Of a stretch of DNA of 64,000 bases, positions 1 through 9,031 are shown one piece after another. The translations under genes were made by a program, and so were the position numbers. The notes below the pieces were generated by a model, which was given only the letters and a program-made list of their open reading frames with translations, was not told where the DNA came from and did not search any database. The stretch's first letter is position 1, and every line of letters begins with the position of its first letter. Origin of the DNA: Bdellovibrionota bacterium (GTDB taxonomy: Bacteria; Bdellovibrionota_G; JALEGL01; DATDPG01); the NCBI GenBank assembly GCA_963668355.1, contig OY764265.1, forward strand, positions 2,321,742 to 2,385,741, in the 5' to 3' direction.

Positions 1-766
1 ATAAACATTTCCTGGACCGTTGTGAGAGCTTCCATGAGGGGAGTACCGCTTTTTAGAAGGAGGCCTAGGTTTCCAGCAAATTTTTCCATGGTGATGAGAA
101 CCATCAGTTCCCCAACCCCCGGAATCATCATGATGAATTGACTGAACACCTTTCGCCCTTTTTCGGTGGAGATGTATTTCTTAATTAAGAAGGAAAGAAT
201 TATCAAAGAAAGGAGAATGTATGGTCCCTTGGACTGTACAAAGTCAGAAAAGGCCAGAACATATTGCGTTATTTTGGGAAGCTCTCCACCCATATCATCA
301 AAAAAGCCAGCGAAGGTGGGAATGACTTTCCACAACATAATGGTGACGGAGCTAACGGCTACGCCTAGTAGAATGACGGGATAGGTTAGGGCGGAGACGA
401 TTTTTCCCCGCATTTCTTTTTGCTTCTCAAGATGGAATCGGAGCTGCGTCAGGATAGAACCCAACTGCCCTGTCAACTCTCCAACACGGATCATCTGCAC
501 CCAATGGCTTTTGAAAACCTTGGGATACTGCTCAGCTACTGCATACAACGACTGCCCTGCCGCAACACCTGCCGCAAGCTCCGACCCAATCTTTGAGAGC
601 TTCACGCTTTCGTTTTGATCTCCAGCGAGAAGCAAAGCTTGTAGAATTGGCGTGCCCGAATTCACGAGGGTCGCCAATTGTTGAAAAAACATGATCATGT
701 CATCCGTTTTAATTCCTGGATGACGTTTAAGTTTCATGCGTACACGATATTTAGGACCCCGGGCCA
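1..766 (-). CDS. Type II secretion / type IV pilus inner-membrane platform protein (GspF/PilC family). The N-terminal ~255 aa are present; the gene runs off the window edge.
   Basis: Minus-strand frame from ATG at 766 translates as MARGPKYRVRMKLKRHPGIKTDDMIMFFQQLATLVNSGTPILQALLLAGDQ..., a typical T2SSF domain. The start lies 1 nt after the upstream ATPase stop and is preceded by a GGAGGAGG RBS. It is absent from the ORF track only because no stop codon falls inside the window. Confidence 0.8.
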
Positions 767-2506
767 TTATTCTCCTCCTCCCATCAAGGAGATGAGTTCC
801 TCAAGAGAGGTAATGCCCTCAAGAACCTTTTCCTTCGCTCCGGAAGCTAAGGAAAGCATGCCTTGTTTTTCGGCTTCTTCTTTTAATTCAGGAATGGGGG
901 CATTTTCCTGAATCATGTCTCGAAGTCCTGGGGTGTTAAACACGACTTCGAAGACACCTACTCGTCCTTTGTAGCCCAAGTCTTTGCATTTTGGACACCC
1001 TTTGGCTCGATACAATGTTTGCCCTTGTTCGAGAGAAAATCGTTCAGCAGTTTCGGCATCAACTTCGAAAGGTTCTTTGCAATCGGGACATAAACGACGA
1101 ATGAGACGTTGCGCCTCGGCTAGACGAAGAACGGAAGCGATGACGAAGGGTTCGACCCCCATATCTTTTAAACGAGCGATGGAAGAAAGGGCGTCGTTCG
1201 TATGAAGGGTAGATAAGACCAAGTGGCCGGTTAATGCGGCTTTCATGCAAATTTGAGCCGTTTCATTGTCCCTAACTTCCCCCACCAAAATGATGTCGGG
1301 ATCTTGTCGTAAAAAAGCCCGAAGGCCGGAGGCAAATGTGAGTCCGACATTGGCTCGGACTTGGACTTGGTTGAGTCCCTCGACTTTGTATTCGACCGGA
1401 TCTTCAATCGTTGAAATGTTGGTCTTGGGAGACTTTAGGAGATTCATGAGAGCATACAGGGTTGTGCTTTTTCCACTTCCTGTGGGTCCCGTGACCAAAA
1501 TTAATCCGTTATGGTTGGAGGCCCCCTTCATGAAATCTTTGTATTGGCGCTCTGAAAATCCCAACTCTTTCAGCTCAATATTGATGGCATCTTTTCGAAG
1601 AAGTCGCATGACGACTTTCTCGCCCCAGACCACGGGAACGGTGGAAACCCGCATATCAATTTCTTGACCATTGTAACGGAGGGTAAAGGCTCCATCTTGC
1701 GGAATTCGTTTTTCAGCAATATCCATTTTACTCAAAATCTTGATTCTGGAAATTACGGACATGAACATGGTTCGAGGAGGTGGTGTGATTTCATTCAAAC
1801 GTCCGTCAATTCGAAATCGGATTTTGCACGTGTTTTGGAAGGGCTCCATATGAATATCTGAGGCTCCTTCGTCTACAGAGTCTTTTAAGATGTGATTCAC
1901 AATCCGAAGGACCTGCGTATCTTTTCCCTCAGGTATGATTTTGTTTAGGTCCACCACTTCACTTTTTTCTTTTTCCTCTTCATCTTCATCATCTTCACCG
2001 TCTTCATGGGGCCCACTTCCTTCGGAAGAAATTTCAGCAACCACATCTCGACTTCCATAAAGTTCGTCCAGGATTTGATCAATGTCTGTTGCGACGCCAA
2101 CATGAATTTGAAGGTTCTTGGATTGATAGAGGTGAAGCTCTTGAAGAGTGGGAATGTCAGAGGGATCAACGAGGGCGATGTTTAAAGTGTTTTCTTCAGA
2201 AGAGAGGGGAAGGACGTGTTGGTCCCGCAAGAGCTTTTCTGGAAATAGAGATCGTATCTCTTCGACCTTACTCAAATCAATTTCGTCACGTTTTAAAAGA
2301 GGCATCTCATAGTACTCTGAGTATAATTCCGCAATGATTTGTGCGTCCACCACTCCCGATTGAATGGCCGCCATTTCAATGGTGAGATTTTGGCCCGATT
2401 GCAGTTGATATATTTTTTCCAAATCCTTCTCTTCAACCTTTTGGTTTTCTAAAAGAAGGTCGACGAGAACGGGCCTGGCTTTATCTTTGGCGGGTCGTGC
2501 CTGCAA
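767..2506 (-). CDS. GspE/PilB-type secretion/pilus assembly ATPase
   Basis: 579 aa. Walker A motif VTGPTGSGKSTTLYA. Tetracysteine motif CPDC...CPKC. Acidic linker after a GSPII_E N-terminal-like region. AAAGGAGG RBS before a TTG start. Confidence 0.9.
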   Translation of the reverse strand: MQARPAKDKARPVLVDLLLENQKVEEKDLEKIYQLQSGQNLTIEMAAIQSGVVDAQIIAELYSEYYEMPLLKRDEIDLSKVEEIRSLFPEKLLRDQHVLPLSSEENTLNIALVDPSDIPTLQELHLYQSKNLQIHVGVATDIDQILDELYGSRDVVAEISSEGSGPHEDGEDDEDEEEKEKSEVVDLNKIIPEGKDTQVLRIVNHILKDSVDEGASDIHMEPFQNTCKIRFRIDGRLNEITPPPRTMFMSVISRIKILSKMDIAEKRIPQDGAFTLRYNGQEIDMRVSTVPVVWGEKVVMRLLRKDAINIELKELGFSERQYKDFMKGASNHNGLILVTGPTGSGKSTTLYALMNLLKSPKTNISTIEDPVEYKVEGLNQVQVRANVGLTFASGLRAFLRQDPDIILVGEVRDNETAQICMKAALTGHLVLSTLHTNDALSSIARLKDMGVEPFVIASVLRLAEAQRLIRRLCPDCKEPFEVDAETAERFSLEQGQTLYRAKGCPKCKDLGYKGRVGVFEVVFNTPGLRDMIQENAPIPELKEEAEKQGMLSLASGAKEKVLEGITSLEELISLMGGGE

Positions 2507-4124
2507 AATGGCCTCCTTTCTGTTTTCCCATATTGCCGAGGGTAATGACGCGAGGGGTGATGAAGATCGTGACTTCGCTCAAATTCTTGGCTTTTTCTTT
2601 GCTCGTAAATAGGAGGCCAATGATGGGAATATGTCCCAATACCGGGACTTTTCGGGTGGTTTCGGATTCATTTTCAGAGACCAGGCCTCCAATCAGGACG
2701 GTGTCATTGTTTTGTACGGTAACCGAGGTGTTTACGGCACGGCTATGGGCATCTACGAACTGGTCTGGAAAGAATTCCGAACTTTTCGGACGACTGATGG
2801 AGGCGTTGATGAGAAGGGTGACTAATTCGTCTGCATTGACTTGGGGGGTTACATCCAGAGATATTCCTGTGGGTTGTCGTTCGGCCGTGGCAACCAGAAG
2901 ACCGTTCTGCGCGATGAGGGAGGCGCTTTCGACACCCACGGCTGTATCCGCCAGAATGGCAATTTGTGCCGGTCGGTTATTGAGTGTGACGATGCTTGGT
3001 TTTGCCAGAAATCTTCCCTTTCCTTCCACTTCAATCGCTCGCAATACGCCTTTAAATTCTTGCATGCTCAAAACCCCATAGCTGATTCCGGAAAGAGGGT
3101 CGTTTCCAAACTCCCCGATACTGGAGACGCTGGCTCCGGCGAGTTCGGCAGCACCTGGGAAAACACCTCCCCCAAGTGGCCCTTGAATCACACGAGATGG
3201 TCCTGTAACACTGGCGAGGGCCCCATCGGGTCCTCCCCAATCGATTCCCCGTTTCGAGTTGTCACTATTGTCTGACTCCACAATCTTCACATCGATCAAA
3301 ATTTGGGGAGGCAATACATCGAGTTTTCGAATGGCCTTGGAAATTCTTGGAAAACGCTCGGGAACATCCGTTACAACCAGACTATTGGTAAAAGAGTCCA
3401 CTTGAAGGCTTCCGTTAGCCGAAAGCATACTATTCACAATGGAAACAACTCCGGACGTGTTTCCGGCACCATCTCCTTTTTTGGAATCACCCGAGCTGCT
3501 ACTGGAACTGCTTTTAAACGTAAATCCCGAACTTTTGCCACCCTTTTCGTCCTTCCCACTTCGGGCGAGCTGAATGTATTTCAATTGAAAGACTTTCGTC
3601 GTGACCCGAGGGGAGGAGTCTTTTCGTTCCTTGACGACGTAAACATTGCTCTCGCCGACTTGTTCGTAGACGAGGCCGTTAGCCGCTAAGAGCCCTTCCA
3701 GGGCCTCCTCTACGGTGACCTCTTTCATGAATGCCGTAAGTTTGATGTGACCGATGTTGCCACTTGTAATAAAGTTCAACTTGGTTTGTGCGGTTACGGC
3801 TCGAAGAACGCTATCCAAAGGTAAATTCTTAAGGTTGAGCGTAATGCGTTTTTCAACCTCCCGAGGCGTGGGGATAGGTGTGGGCGTGGGTTGAAATGAA
3901 GAAAACTTCGGTCTTTGAATTTGTTGTTTTTCTTGAAGATTTTTGCGTTTCTTTCGTACCCATTTTCGACCATTTTTGTAGATGACATTGGGTCGGTTGG
4001 GTCGCTTCCATTCCCCACTTTTTTCATCTTGAACCTCAATGGTCGAAGGATCAATGGGGGAGTTCGGTAATGCCTTTGAGGGGAAAAGACAAATCAGGGG
4101 GAGAATGAAGATCCATCGTTTCAT
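2481..4124 (-). CDS. Secretin (GspD/PilQ family) outer-membrane channel
   Basis: 547 aa. N-terminal signal peptide MKRWIFILPLICLFPSKA. C-terminal secretin signature VPVLGHIPIIGLLF...VTIFITPRVI. Pro/Thr-rich and poly-Ser linkers. Confidence 0.85.
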   Translation of the reverse strand: MKRWIFILPLICLFPSKALPNSPIDPSTIEVQDEKSGEWKRPNRPNVIYKNGRKWVRKKRKNLQEKQQIQRPKFSSFQPTPTPIPTPREVEKRITLNLKNLPLDSVLRAVTAQTKLNFITSGNIGHIKLTAFMKEVTVEEALEGLLAANGLVYEQVGESNVYVVKERKDSSPRVTTKVFQLKYIQLARSGKDEKGGKSSGFTFKSSSSSSSGDSKKGDGAGNTSGVVSIVNSMLSANGSLQVDSFTNSLVVTDVPERFPRISKAIRKLDVLPPQILIDVKIVESDNSDNSKRGIDWGGPDGALASVTGPSRVIQGPLGGGVFPGAAELAGASVSSIGEFGNDPLSGISYGVLSMQEFKGVLRAIEVEGKGRFLAKPSIVTLNNRPAQIAILADTAVGVESASLIAQNGLLVATAERQPTGISLDVTPQVNADELVTLLINASISRPKSSEFFPDQFVDAHSRAVNTSVTVQNNDTVLIGGLVSENESETTRKVPVLGHIPIIGLLFTSKEKAKNLSEVTIFITPRVITLGNMGKQKGGHFAGTTRQR

Positions 4125-4127
4125 GTT

Positions 4128-4607
4128 TTACCCTTGCCCTTCCACGAGACCGACATCCTTCAAAGTCGGAATATGCAGATTGCGTTCATATTTCTTGCCA
4201 TGAAAGTCAAAGACCACTTTTGTGGGTTGAATGGTGAGAATTTTTGCCCCTTTTATCGATTCACCCACCTCATGAATTTCACCATTGATCGAAACGAGCA
4301 TATTTGAATCCGTTCCTAGAATTCCGTCCAAACGCAGATATGGAAATCGCACAACCTGTTTCTTCTTGCCTTTCACTTTTCCTTTTTGGGATACAGCTAA
4401 GAAATCTCCACTCAAATCAAAGGGGTCCCGACTCACTTTGACATCTACCATCTCCGGAAGCTCAATTTTTGGTAGCAAAAGCGTTTTGTTTTTTGAAGCG
4501 CGTTGAGGGAGAACACCGAATAATCCCTGCCAGCAAAGATAGGCGAGCAAAACCAATGCCCCATAGAACACGACACGGTTTCCATCAAGATCCATAAGAT
4601 TCTCCAT
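4128..4607 (-). CDS. PilP/GspC-like secretin-associated protein (membrane-anchored)
   Basis: 159 aa with a single N-terminal TM helix (VVFYGALVLLAYLCWQGLF) and a beta-rich C-terminal domain. Sits between the PilO-like gene and the secretin. Assignment is by context only. Confidence 0.4.
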   Translation of the reverse strand: MENLMDLDGNRVVFYGALVLLAYLCWQGLFGVLPQRASKNKTLLLPKIELPEMVDVKVSRDPFDLSGDFLAVSQKGKVKGKKKQVVRFPYLRLDGILGTDSNMLVSINGEIHEVGESIKGAKILTIQPTKVVFDFHGKKYERNLHIPTLKDVGLVEGQG

Positions 4608-5250
4608 TTAGACGTTGAGAGGCCAACCGCTTATTCGAGTGTTTTAAGTGCTTCGCTTGATCTTGCTTTTTCTTGGTTTTTCTTTTTGAGTTCGTCTTGT
4701 TTTTTCCTTGGCTAGTGAGCATGGAAAGTTCGATATTGGTCACAATGCTTTCAGGCCCCCGCATGGCCCGGATTCGGCTGACCAAGATGAATGGATGTTG
4801 ATGTTCCAACCACCGGATGAGTTTAAAGGTCTGCTCGAAGTCTCCCTCGACCTCCAATTGCACAATCATGGCCTTGTGCTTGTCGATTTTTGTTCTCAGA
4901 ACTTTGTGTTCCAAGCTTCGAACCTTCAAGGGATTAAGTCGGGTTCCCTTTAGAATATGCTGAAGCCACCAGTTGATGTCGGCATCTGTGGAAACGATTT
5001 CGAGGTAATCCTTATAGGTGTGACGAAGTCTTTCAATGTCTTCTGTAAACGTTTTGCGTTCTTCTTGCTTTTTAAGCGCAAAGGCCGTTTCATCCGTTTT
5101 GGAACTTAAGGGAAGGAAAATGGCCAAGCTGGCAATGGCCACCAACGTGAGGACAACTGATATCTCAAGCTGTTTTCGGTCCTGAACGACATCCATGAGC
5201 TGTTTTTTCAGGACATCAAGTTGGTTTTTCTTGGATGTTTTTTTGGCCAC
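4585..5250 (-). CDS. PilO/GspM-like inner-membrane assembly protein
   Basis: Basic N-terminus, one TM helix (ISVVLTLVAIASLAIFLPL), a coiled-coil segment and a periplasmic domain. The best start is GTG at 5250, with an AAGAGG RBS 7 nt upstream and placed 2 nt after the upstream stop. The ORF-track TTG at 5301 is considered less likely. Confidence 0.45.
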   Translation of the reverse strand: MAKKTSKKNQLDVLKKQLMDVVQDRKQLEISVVLTLVAIASLAIFLPLSSKTDETAFALKKQEERKTFTEDIERLRHTYKDYLEIVSTDADINWWLQHILKGTRLNPLKVRSLEHKVLRTKIDKHKAMIVQLEVEGDFEQTFKLIRWLEHQHPFILVSRIRAMRGPESIVTNIELSMLTSQGKNKTNSKRKTKKKQDQAKHLKHSNKRLASQRLNGESYGS

Positions 5251-5251
5251 T

Positions 5252-6712
5252 TTAGGTCCTCTTTCGCTTCTTTCTTCGTGTTTTTTCCTGTAGGCAGACA
5301 ATCGTGAAAAAGGCTAAATCGTCTCGTCCCTCCTTTTTCCAAATGACATTGTCCAATCGGATAATTGGGAAGTCTCTTTGCATCATTTCAGAGGATTTGA
5401 ATGCGTTGAGTGTGATGTCAATCTCCCGAGGAGTTGTTACACCATTCGGGAAGTAAGCGGATCCGCGAATGAGAAGGTACTGGTATCCAAGTTTGGTTTT
5501 GGCTCCCTTAACCAGAACGCGATTTGCGGCTTCGATGTTGGTTACGCGCGTATTTTTGGGCAAAATTCGCATAATTTCCTCAAAATAGGGCGTCCAGAGA
5601 ATGCGACTGGAAAGAAATTCCGCCATGCCATCGGCATGTTTTTCCAGGTTTTTCTTTTCCTTTTCCAATTTGCTATTTTTTAAGCCAACGGCCCAAACGG
5701 TTTCGGCATTTTGTTTTTGTAATGATGTCAACCGTTGTTCCACTGAAAGCAGGCGGTTACCCATCACAAGCCCGAGAAAGAGCACGAGTGTTCCGAGCAT
5801 GAGGGCCTTCTGTTTTGGGAAAATGGACTTCCATGAGACCGGATTTTGAAATTTTCTGGCTAAGTTGAGACTTTCGTCAGGGGGAAGCTGACATCCCAAA
5901 GCCGATCCGAAGGCAACATAGGCATCGTCTTCCATTTTGGTTTCTTTGCACTTAACGTCCACTTCTACCAATTTGAGGAAGTCAGTTTCAAAGGTTTCCA
6001 AGGATTCTTTTCCAAAAAAATGTACGACCGAAACATCGGGCAAGTTGAAGGTCCGTGTGGCCTGGTTTGAAAGCATTCGAAACACCGAGTGGAAGTGTTT
6101 TGGATTTGGACTTCTAGATTTTGAATGGAAAGTGTGAGAGACAAAGGGCACTTTCCCAAAGCATAGGATCGCGACATGTTGATGACTTCGGACGAAGAAA
6201 CGAATTTCGGTTAGGGGTTTTAGGAGGGAGGGTCGAAGTTGAAGGTGACTGGCTCTTAAGAGGGCCATGGATTCTGTTTCAACGCGTTTGAGTTGATTCC
6301 GAGACTGTCCCCATGGAGAAAGAAGCATTTCCAAAAGATCTTTTGGTGCCGCCCCCACGTTTACGAAGCGCTTCGTGCCGCATTTTCGATCTAACCAATC
6401 CGTTCCCAATTTTTCTCCAAAGGAGATTCCCGACTTAAAGCCTCCTTCGATCGAACTGGGTTTAATCTTTCCTTCTTTGGGACCTTCTTTCGTGAAGAAG
6501 AAACATCGTTCGTTGGACAATCCGAGAACCATTTCGGCTTTGGGATTCTTCTGGACAATTTCTTCGAGGGTTTCGAGGACGGTTTCCATTTGGAAAGGGA
6601 AGCTCTCGTGGCTCTTAATTCGGGGGCGCCCCGGTCCCTTCGTTAAGAGAACGGTGGTGATGTGATCAGTTCCTAAAAAAACTCCCATTTGGTGTGTTTT
6701 TGATCGGGCCAT
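5252..6712 (-). CDS. PilM-PilN-like fused assembly protein (GspL-like)
   Basis: The N-terminal cytoplasmic region looks actin-like (MGVFLGTDHITTVLL resembles a PilM N-terminus). A TM helix (ALMLGTLVLFLGLVMG) and coiled coil follow, then a PilN-like periplasmic region. Start codon is uncertain: 6712, 6688 or 6718. Confidence 0.5.
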   Translation of the reverse strand: MARSKTHQMGVFLGTDHITTVLLTKGPGRPRIKSHESFPFQMETVLETLEEIVQKNPKAEMVLGLSNERCFFFTKEGPKEGKIKPSSIEGGFKSGISFGEKLGTDWLDRKCGTKRFVNVGAAPKDLLEMLLSPWGQSRNQLKRVETESMALLRASHLQLRPSLLKPLTEIRFFVRSHQHVAILCFGKVPFVSHTFHSKSRSPNPKHFHSVFRMLSNQATRTFNLPDVSVVHFFGKESLETFETDFLKLVEVDVKCKETKMEDDAYVAFGSALGCQLPPDESLNLARKFQNPVSWKSIFPKQKALMLGTLVLFLGLVMGNRLLSVEQRLTSLQKQNAETVWAVGLKNSKLEKEKKNLEKHADGMAEFLSSRILWTPYFEEIMRILPKNTRVTNIEAANRVLVKGAKTKLGYQYLLIRGSAYFPNGVTTPREIDITLNAFKSSEMMQRDFPIIRLDNVIWKKEGRDDLAFFTIVCLQEKTRRKKRKRT

Positions 6713-6718
6713 CGACAA

Positions 6719-7090
6719 CTACCTTAAAAACCTTTCACATGGATTTAGGTTGGGATGATTTGATCCTTTCTTTTTGACCTTAAGGCGCCAGTGTTGCTTT
6801 CCGTGAGGTGTGACTTTTACGTCGAACCAGGATGGTTCCTGATCTAATTCAAGGTTTAAGCTGCAGCTAAAGGTGGGAGATGTCGGTGAGCCACATGCAA
6901 CAAGCTGTTTGGCTTGAGTCAGAACGATTTGTGTGTTTTCGGTCTCTTTTGTGTTTGTCGCTGCTTGTTTTTCAAGGTCAATGAGAACCGAAAAGCGTTC
7001 ATGAAGAATGGGTAAGGATGCCGAGATGACACATAAAAACAAGGCCATGCAAACCAAAGCGTAACCTCGATGTGAGTGGGGGAAACTCAT
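6719..7090 (-). CDS. Hypothetical membrane protein inside the pilus/T2SS operon
   Basis: 123 aa with an N-terminal TM helix (YALVCMALFLCVISASLPIL). ATG start, tightly packed between the neighbouring genes. Confidence 0.4.
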   Translation of the reverse strand: MSFPHSHRGYALVCMALFLCVISASLPILHERFSVLIDLEKQAATNTKETENTQIVLTQAKQLVACGSPTSPTFSCSLNLELDQEPSWFDVKVTPHGKQHWRLKVKKKGSNHPNLNPCERFLR

Positions 7091-7686
7091 TTTTGGCCTT
7101 TCTTTCGATTTCCCTGAGAGTTTTGATGTTTTTTGGTTTTCTGTTTTTTCTCCGGTTTTTCCTTTTTGCCTTTTCTCCTTTTTTTCGCCTTTAAGGGCTC
7201 TGTTAGGTTTGAAGTAATATAAATGATGGGAAATTCAACTGAATCCTTTAGTTCTCCGGCCGCAAGATCAAAGACGAAGCTGAATGAGTCATTTTTGTTG
7301 CACTTGCCAAAAAATCCCGTAACGCCTTTGGCGATGACCACATCGACTCCTGAGCTTGGCACTCTCCAGAGCATTTCATCAACAACTCGATATTTGACCA
7401 CGTGTTCAAACTTTCCTTTTTCTTTTCCCATTAAAAGGTCAAGCTCATTTTCAGAAACCTCTAGAAGGGCGAGGGCATTTGAAATGTCTTGTGCTAGGGC
7501 CGTGTGAATCAAACGAGCCTCTCTCATGAGAACCAGTTTCTCTTCATAAGCTCGAGATTGCTTTGCGTAGGAGGAGGTTAGGGCCATCATGGAGGATAGG
7601 AGGAGAACAAAGATGAATCCTGAAACGACCAATTCAAGCAGAGAGAACCCTTGCTCGTGGGCCACTTTTTGACTTTGTGTCCTCAT
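7087..7686 (-). CDS. Minor pseudopilin / type IV pilin-like protein with a polybasic C-terminal tail
   Basis: Canonical prepilin cleavage/methylation motif QGFSLLELVVSGFIFVLLL near the N-terminus. The C-terminal 34 aa are KAKKRRKGKKEKPEKKQKTKKHQNSQGNRKKGQK. Confidence 0.7.
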   Translation of the reverse strand: MRTQSQKVAHEQGFSLLELVVSGFIFVLLLSSMMALTSSYAKQSRAYEEKLVLMREARLIHTALAQDISNALALLEVSENELDLLMGKEKGKFEHVVKYRVVDEMLWRVPSSGVDVVIAKGVTGFFGKCNKNDSFSFVFDLAAGELKDSVEFPIIYITSNLTEPLKAKKRRKGKKEKPEKKQKTKKHQNSQGNRKKGQK

Positions 7687-7694
7687 GATGTCAC

Positions 7695-7988
7695 CTAAAA
7701 ATTCCGCGCGACTAGCGCCTCAATTCCTCCTTCGTTTTCTTGCCATTCGACAATCGTAGACGGGTATTCACAAGGAAGATCGTCTACGCCCGACGAATTG
7801 CAAAAAAGAATGGGTGAGTGGATGAAAAAATGCTCCTCTTGGTATTTCTGTAGTGCCCTTATTTGCTTATTCGTGGAGAGCAATTTGTGCCCCATGTTTA
7901 CGATCGCAAAACAGGCTAGAACCACCGCAACCTGAAGCTCAATGAAGGACGAAGCTCGCTCGCTTTTTCCTTTTTTCTTTGAGCTCAT
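7695..7988 (-). CDS. Pseudopilin-like protein (non-canonical S|F cleavage site)
   Basis: Positively charged leader MSSKKKGKSERASS, then FIELQVAVVLACFAIV with Glu at +5. ATG at 7988 preferred over the track's GTG at 8003. Confidence 0.5.
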   Translation of the reverse strand: MSSKKKGKSERASSFIELQVAVVLACFAIVNMGHKLLSTNKQIRALQKYQEEHFFIHSPILFCNSSGVDDLPCEYPSTIVEWQENEGGIEALVARNF

Positions 7989-7999
7989 GGCTCTTCCGA

Positions 8000-8158
8000 T
8001 CACCCAAGATAGTCAAGCGTGGTGAGCACTTTTCCGATGTGGGCGTGTGTTCCAGAACTTTGAATGCGAGCTGCCGAGAGGGACGTGAGGACGGCGAGTG
8101 CTCCCATAACAAAGAGGAATACAGTCCATTTTTGCTTTCGATTGAGATGTACTTTCAT
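8000..8158 (-). CDS. Small (53 aa) single-TM protein; not a canonical prepilin
   Basis: ATG at 8158 with an AAAGGA RBS 8 nt upstream. Sequence MKVHLNRKQKWTVFLFVMGALAVLTSLSAA. The longer track ORF (to 8317) would overlap the pilin gene by 65 nt. Confidence 0.25.
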   Translation of the reverse strand: MKVHLNRKQKWTVFLFVMGALAVLTSLSAARIQSSGTHAHIGKVLTTLDYLG

Positions 8159-8252
8159 CTTTTTTTCCTTTCTTGCGCGAAGGGTGCAAAAGGGGCTGAT
8201 CGAAGTGATGCAGCCCCTTTTGTCTTGGTCTTTCGCATATTCCCACAAGGAG

Positions 8253-8687
8253 TTAGCTCGCCATCGGATTAATGGCGGCCAAATCGGAGATGGTACTATC
8301 ATCAGAGATGAAACCATCTTGTCCGAATGTAACGGTATAGTCTCCGTAACCGGCCGAAGCCCCTTTACGCGTGAGGGTTAGCTTCCAGGAGTCCTCCAGG
8401 GATCCTGTTTCACCCGGTTCAATTTCGCCGGTGCTAAAATATTTCGACTCGGCCATCTGGATGTCCAGGTTGGTTAAGTCTTCCGCATAGGTGCCTTGTC
8501 GAGATTGATAACGTTCTTGAGAAGCTCGAACCGAACTTAAGAAGTTATATGCTTCAGATGCCTTGGAACGTTCAACGGAATCCCGGAATTTCGGGACAGC
8601 AAACGCGGCCAAGACGCCAATGATTACGATAACAACAGCCAATTCCACGAGAGAGAATCCACTGTCTTTTTTGATGAGTTTTTTCAT
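8253..8687 (-). CDS. Major pilin / major pseudopilin (GspG/PilA-like)
   Basis: 144 aa. MKKLIKKDSGFSLVELAVVIVIIGVLAAFAVPKF is a textbook prepilin leader (G|F, E+5) with an N-terminal hydrophobic helix. GGAGGAAAAAA RBS. A sigma-54 promoter sits about 50 nt upstream. Confidence 0.85.
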   Translation of the reverse strand: MKKLIKKDSGFSLVELAVVIVIIGVLAAFAVPKFRDSVERSKASEAYNFLSSVRASQERYQSRQGTYAEDLTNLDIQMAESKYFSTGEIEPGETGSLEDSWKLTLTRKGASAGYGDYTVTFGQDGFISDDSTISDLAAINPMAS

Positions 8688-8738
8688 TTTTTTCCTCCGG
8701 AATAATCCGATGAATGTTTAACTTGAATGCACTCAATA

Positions 8739-8754
8739 GCAGCGAGTGTGCCAA
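8739..8754 (-). promoter_or_regulatory. Sigma-54 (-24/-12) promoter for the pilin-to-pilC operon
   Basis: Minus strand reads TTGGCAC-actcg-cTGCT, matching the TGGCAC-N5-TTGC consensus with the GG and GC dinucleotides correctly spaced. Lies about 42 nt upstream of the pilin ATG. Confidence 0.6.
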
Positions 8755-8774
8755 AATGTTCTGAACGGAGATTT

Positions 8775-8783
8775 GGGGGGGGG
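8775..8783. repeat. G9 homopolymeric tract (C9 on the pilin-coding strand) in the pilin/activator intergenic region
   Basis: Sequence gatttGGGGGGGGGcggcgg, about 20 nt upstream of the sigma-54 -24 element. Confidence 0.9.
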
Positions 8784-9031
8784 CGGCGGATAACCCCTGT
8801 TTTTATTAGGTGCTGGGGGCGTGTAGGGGAGGAGGCCTTGATTGCATGCCCTCCGATTTCGATTCCGATCGCCAAAACGATAAAAAATGTCTCATTCTGT
8901 TCTATTTTATGGAACACAACGAGACACATCGTAACTATCTGAATATATTGGTAAAAACTCTAAGTGCTGTTTTGAAGTGTTCTGTTGTGTTCAAATTTGT
9001 TACACTTAAGCGATCAAATCGGATTCAACCC

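Noticed and set aside
8810-9031. 74-aa N-terminal extension of the NtrC-type regulator from an upstream GTG. Similar upstream extensions appear in the ORF track at 13716, 15341, 19868, 24531, 27477, 28870, 39029, 47859, 51032 and 52764.
   Set aside because: The extensions start at GTG or TTG codons, lack an RBS, overlap neighbouring genes or terminators, and add non-domain sequence. Internal ATG starts with an RBS and ATGA/TGATG coupling fit the conserved N-termini (REC, DapF, DapB, MiaB, DJ-1 and Rel) better.
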